Source: Carpediemonas membranifera BICM (lineage: Eukaryota; Protista; Fornicata). From it: a stretch of DNA of 64,000 bases. The notes under the pieces were generated by a model, which saw nothing but the letters and a program-made list of their open reading frames with translations, was not told the DNA's origin and searched no databases. The position numbers and the translations under genes are program-made. This document shows, piece by piece, positions 60,264-64,000 of the stretch. The stretch lies in contig JAHDYR010000062.1 of the NCBI GenBank assembly GCA_019828565.1, forward strand, positions 814,420 through 878,419, written 5' to 3'. Within the stretch, counting starts at the first letter, position 1, and each line of letters opens with the position of its first letter.

Positions 60264-61791
60264 TTATTCCGGCACCTCGTTGAGCAGGAAATAGTGCACT
60301 TTCAGGCGAGCATATCTCACTCTAGACACGCTGCACTTGACCACCTTAGCCACGCCATCGCAGTCACCCACAACATCATACCACTGCCCTTCTGTGTCGC
60401 ATAATGCGTACACACGCTCATATGTCTGATAGACAGCTGTTGCCTCAAAGGGCATATCTAGCGTACAATCGTCCTCGCAAATATGGGTGCAACCAGGAGA
60501 CACCCAAATCAGCCGCCAGGGAAAAAACAACACCGCCTTTACATTCAAAGGGAATGCAATCGGCGTTGCTGTGAGGCATTTCTCGCGCTGCTGGTATTCA
60601 GGCAGTAGGCCAGACTGGGCGATATGTTGGGGAACCACACCGGCGAACAGGAGTTGACTGCCGCTGAGGAAGACGTTGCAGCGACAGTCTGCCATGAGCT
60701 GGTCGACCCTGAACGGCAGCTTTTCGAAGCCCCGTATACATCTATCGCGTCCAAGTCCCAGCTTATAGTGGCGGTTGAAATCGCTGATTACCTGCTGATC
60801 GCCCGCGGAGAGGATAACTGTCCCCCTCCATACATGATCCGATCAGGGATGAAGCCAGTGGGCACAGCGACTGGGTGGAAGACGTATCTTCTCAGATCGT
60901 CATGAACTGTGAAGCATGCACCGTTTCCAGCCATGACAGTACCGACTGGGGTGAGGATGAACCTGCGACAAGCCTGCTCCGACACATCGATCACCATCCT
61001 GTTCTTCTCCCAGGGGGCAGACTGGCCTCGAGCTCGGCGATATTAGGGCAGCTGGTGAAGGTGAGGCGGGTCGCATTCCAGTGCCAGTCCAAGCTCCATG
61101 CCCACAGACCCTTAGGTGTCCTGGTAAGATGGCTGAAATTGCAACTGTAGACCTCGAGGGCCCTGGGCATCCTGGCTCTAATGAAGATGGCGAGGTTGTC
61201 TGGACGAAGCATGAATAGACGGCCCATGTACATGCGGTGATGGTAGTGTGTGTTGCCATTTGAGAATTGGTAGTACTCGCCGTCCTTCTCGGCGACGTTC
61301 AGTGTGAAGAAGAACTTGCGGCAGAGGAACCAGAGACACTTGCCCTCGGGGGCGAGAGCATTTCGGATGAGGTCCTGGAGGTCTGGGTTGGCCCCTCCAC
61401 CCATAAGACACGCCCACACCGCGCCCTGGTTCAGTGTGTGCATGGCTGCCGGGAGCTCATCGCCAGGCGAGAGCTCGACGTTCATGGACAGCGGGGGTCC
61501 GTCTGCGAGGATCGAGCGGGCGTGATCTAGGAGGACTTGTGCGGTTGGTTCAAGCGGGGGATCTTGGAGAGCGTGGCGAGGAGGGATTCGAGAGAAGGGG
61601 CGCTCGCTGGTGCAGTAGTGCTCTCTGCGTTGTGGAACGAGGGCATCTCCTCGCCAAAAATGCCTGGTGTAGGCGCATTGGAGCAAGGATGGTACGTCCC
61701 CGGAGATACGGGCTGCTACAACTAGCGAGGCGCGGAATACGGAGATAAGGGCTTCTTTGATGGCTGATGGGGAGGAACTAGCACTGCTCAT
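60264..61791 (-). CDS. Hypothetical protein (frameshifted chain 60991-61791, 60788-60997, 60264-60695)
   Basis: Contiguous protein-like minus ORFs. No family recognised. Confidence 0.5.
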
Positions 61792-62492
61792 CGATTCCAG
61801 CGCTCAGTTCGGTGGCGACTTGTTCTCGTTCTTAAACTGCTCAATGAGAAAGGATGACAGCAGAAACGACGTCCTGGAGGACGTCCTGGTGTTGGGAGGG
61901 GTGTTCTTGAGCACGTGATAGTGGACGGCCTTGTTGGTGGGCGCGGCCCATGAGAAGCACCAGCGCAAGTAAAGCATTTTGCAATATATTACTTGCGTTT
62001 GCGCTGTCGTTCTCCGGGCGCACTTCCCCGGCCGCTCTTTGACACGGACATTGCCGTGGGGCCTCCTCCTCGTAGCTGTTTCCTCCCCGGGTTCTGTAAA
62101 TGGTGTGTTTTTGATTCATCTGTCCCTTTGTTTGTCTCGGCGTTGAACTTTGAAAGCAATAAATGGCTACGATCAAGATATTATTGTCCAATGAGGCTCT
62201 TTACATCGCCTTCTAGCTCGATATTGATGTTGTTAGTGATTTTCTAGAGTACAGCACCAGTTTCGGTAATAGGGGGACAGACGAGCGCAAACAACTACAT
62301 GGCTCCGAACTACACGCGTCTTGGCGTTGATATTGGTTATTAAATGGACTGTTCGTAACATATTGAGGGATTTCGTCACTGTACTCGAATGCACAAGTGT
62401 GCAGTTTATGCATCTGCCGGAATCTCATTTAAGGGAGATAACAGCGTCCTAAACAACAGGGATCTGTCAGTCATTATCAAACTTTACTTCTC

Positions 62493-63680
62493 TCACTCAG
62501 CCTCGTTGTCCCGCTTCTCCGGAGTAACCAATTGAGCCTTCCTTGTGCCGGGACGGGTGACACCAAAGACTCGGAAGAGTAAGTCGCTCGTCTGCTCCAA
62601 ACCCTGGCTTTCCTCAAGCCTCAGAATGTTGTGCCGGATCTTATCTCGGTCCTGGTCTTGAAGATGCCCGAGCTCAGCGTTCAGCCTGTTATCAAAGGCT
62701 TGGCTGAAGATGAGCACGGAATGGGCCAGGGTTAGGGGGCACAGCTTGGTGACTGGCGAGCTCGCGGAACTCCTTTGGCCAGAGAATGGCGTACTTGATC
62801 ATTTTGGCGTACTTACGCCGCACATTGTGGGTCTTGATGGAACTCATCTCGTGGATGCGCTTGTAGATGCCATCACAGTAGGTGTTCTTGCCAACGCGCC
62901 CAGCCAGTACATCGGCACGTAAACGTTCGGCTGCGGCGTCAAGACGGGCGACCCTACCCTCATCGTCGACGGGCATCGCTCCACGCTTCCCTGCGATCGT
63001 GTACAGCTCCAGCTGCCAAGCAATCATGATCCGCAGCATCATCTCGCGTGTTGCACCAGACGTCATTGTCTCTAGCATGAGTTCCAGGCGGTGTTCATCC
63101 ATGTAGCCAGACTGAATGACAGTAAGCGTCGTCATAGCACTGGATACTGGCGCGATAATGCCGCCATACCAAGGCTCCTCCCTTGAGCACCGCGGTAACA
63201 TCGAATGTCTCAAGGGGTGAGATCAATCTTGGGCTTCTTCTTCTTGTCCTTCTTGCTCGCCGAAGGCTGCCCCTCACCCTCACCTGATGCTTCTTCGCCA
63301 GCCTTGCCCACACCCTCGGCCGATGCCTGTCCCTCCCTGGTGATAGAACCATCTACTTGGCAGCTCCGACGTGCGAAGCGCCTCGTAGACGGGATTGCTG
63401 CTTCTTGTACGTTCTCTGCAGCCACCACAACATCGCTTGTGCTCTCAAGAGGCTTTTGCTTGCGCTCTGTCAGCATCTCGACGACGTTCTCGTGAACACG
63501 GTGCTTCAGAACATCAACAACGCCTTCAGTGCGATACTTAGGCTCAATGCTGAAGTAACAAATCAATGCATGCACGATCTGGCGCTTTGATCCTTCCATC
63601 TCTTCGTCTCTTTCGTTCATTCGGAAACCGTTAAAATAAACCATGGAATGGGTGGAACATGCGAGTGATCCAGACCTCAA
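62493..63680 (-). CDS. Hypothetical protein (frameshifted chain 63210-63680, 62692-63213, 62493-62717)
   Basis: Abutting minus ORFs with a KKDKKKKPK NLS-like patch. Confidence 0.5.
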
Positions 63681-64000
63681 GCGTGTCTACACACGGCATC
63701 TTGCTTCATAAATGACTGTTTATTGCCCAAATTTTTGTGTTGCGGCGTGACCGAATCGAACGAGAACATGAAGCTCACCAACAAGGCAGATACTGTGATT
63801 ACGGCGGAGGAATACCAGCAATACTACTCCTCTGATGACTTTGAGTCATTTGTTGCGGCCTGTGATGAAGCAGGCATTCGTTCTGCCCACAGCACCACGT
63901 TCTCCGTCACAGTGGACGAGGCCGGCGCAACAGCGAGCTAGATCTGGCCATGGTAGGTGGCGGCATGACGTAACCTTTTAACCTTAGCAATTACGTGGCA

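Larger units (their letters stand above)
45716..64000. mobile_element. Large DNA transposon, element B (left end; right end not found in the window)
   Basis: Begins CATACTGTC exactly where LINE-B homology stops. Subterminal CCCTAGATTATCTT twice plus an inverted AGATAATCTA. Carries a HEPN-ZnF paralog of element A's gene. The rightward extent is inferred. Confidence 0.65.

Overview
Transposon-dense region of a compact microbial-eukaryote genome. This is inferred from the LINEs, a chromovirus integrase fragment, SET/PHD/RBR/ABCA domains and one probable ~32-nt intron. Many single-base frameshifts look like long-read errors. The main structure is a family of large cut-and-paste DNA transposons with 5'-CATRCTGT termini and a divergent RAG1/Transib/CMC-like DDE transposase. 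Element C (46332-58465) is complete, with perfect 48-bp TIRs and a 2-bp GA TSD. It carries PHD-finger, caspase/CHAT-like protease, SET and OTU-like genes. It is nested in element B (starts 45716, runs off the window, carries a HEPN gene), and B interrupts a LINE. Element A ends at 25989 inside a Gypsy integrase and apparently starts upstream of the window; it carries two OTU-like genes and a 4x array of a HEPN-zinc-finger gene. An 11.3-kb full-length LINE (2189-13491, 15-bp TSD) sits inside A, and its very long ORF1 region encodes a MAEL/arenavirus-NP-type DEDDh exonuclease. A 4-copy diversifying array of REase-kinase (Crinkler-like) genes lies at 28984-39561. All domain calls come from reading motifs by eye; no database searches were run.
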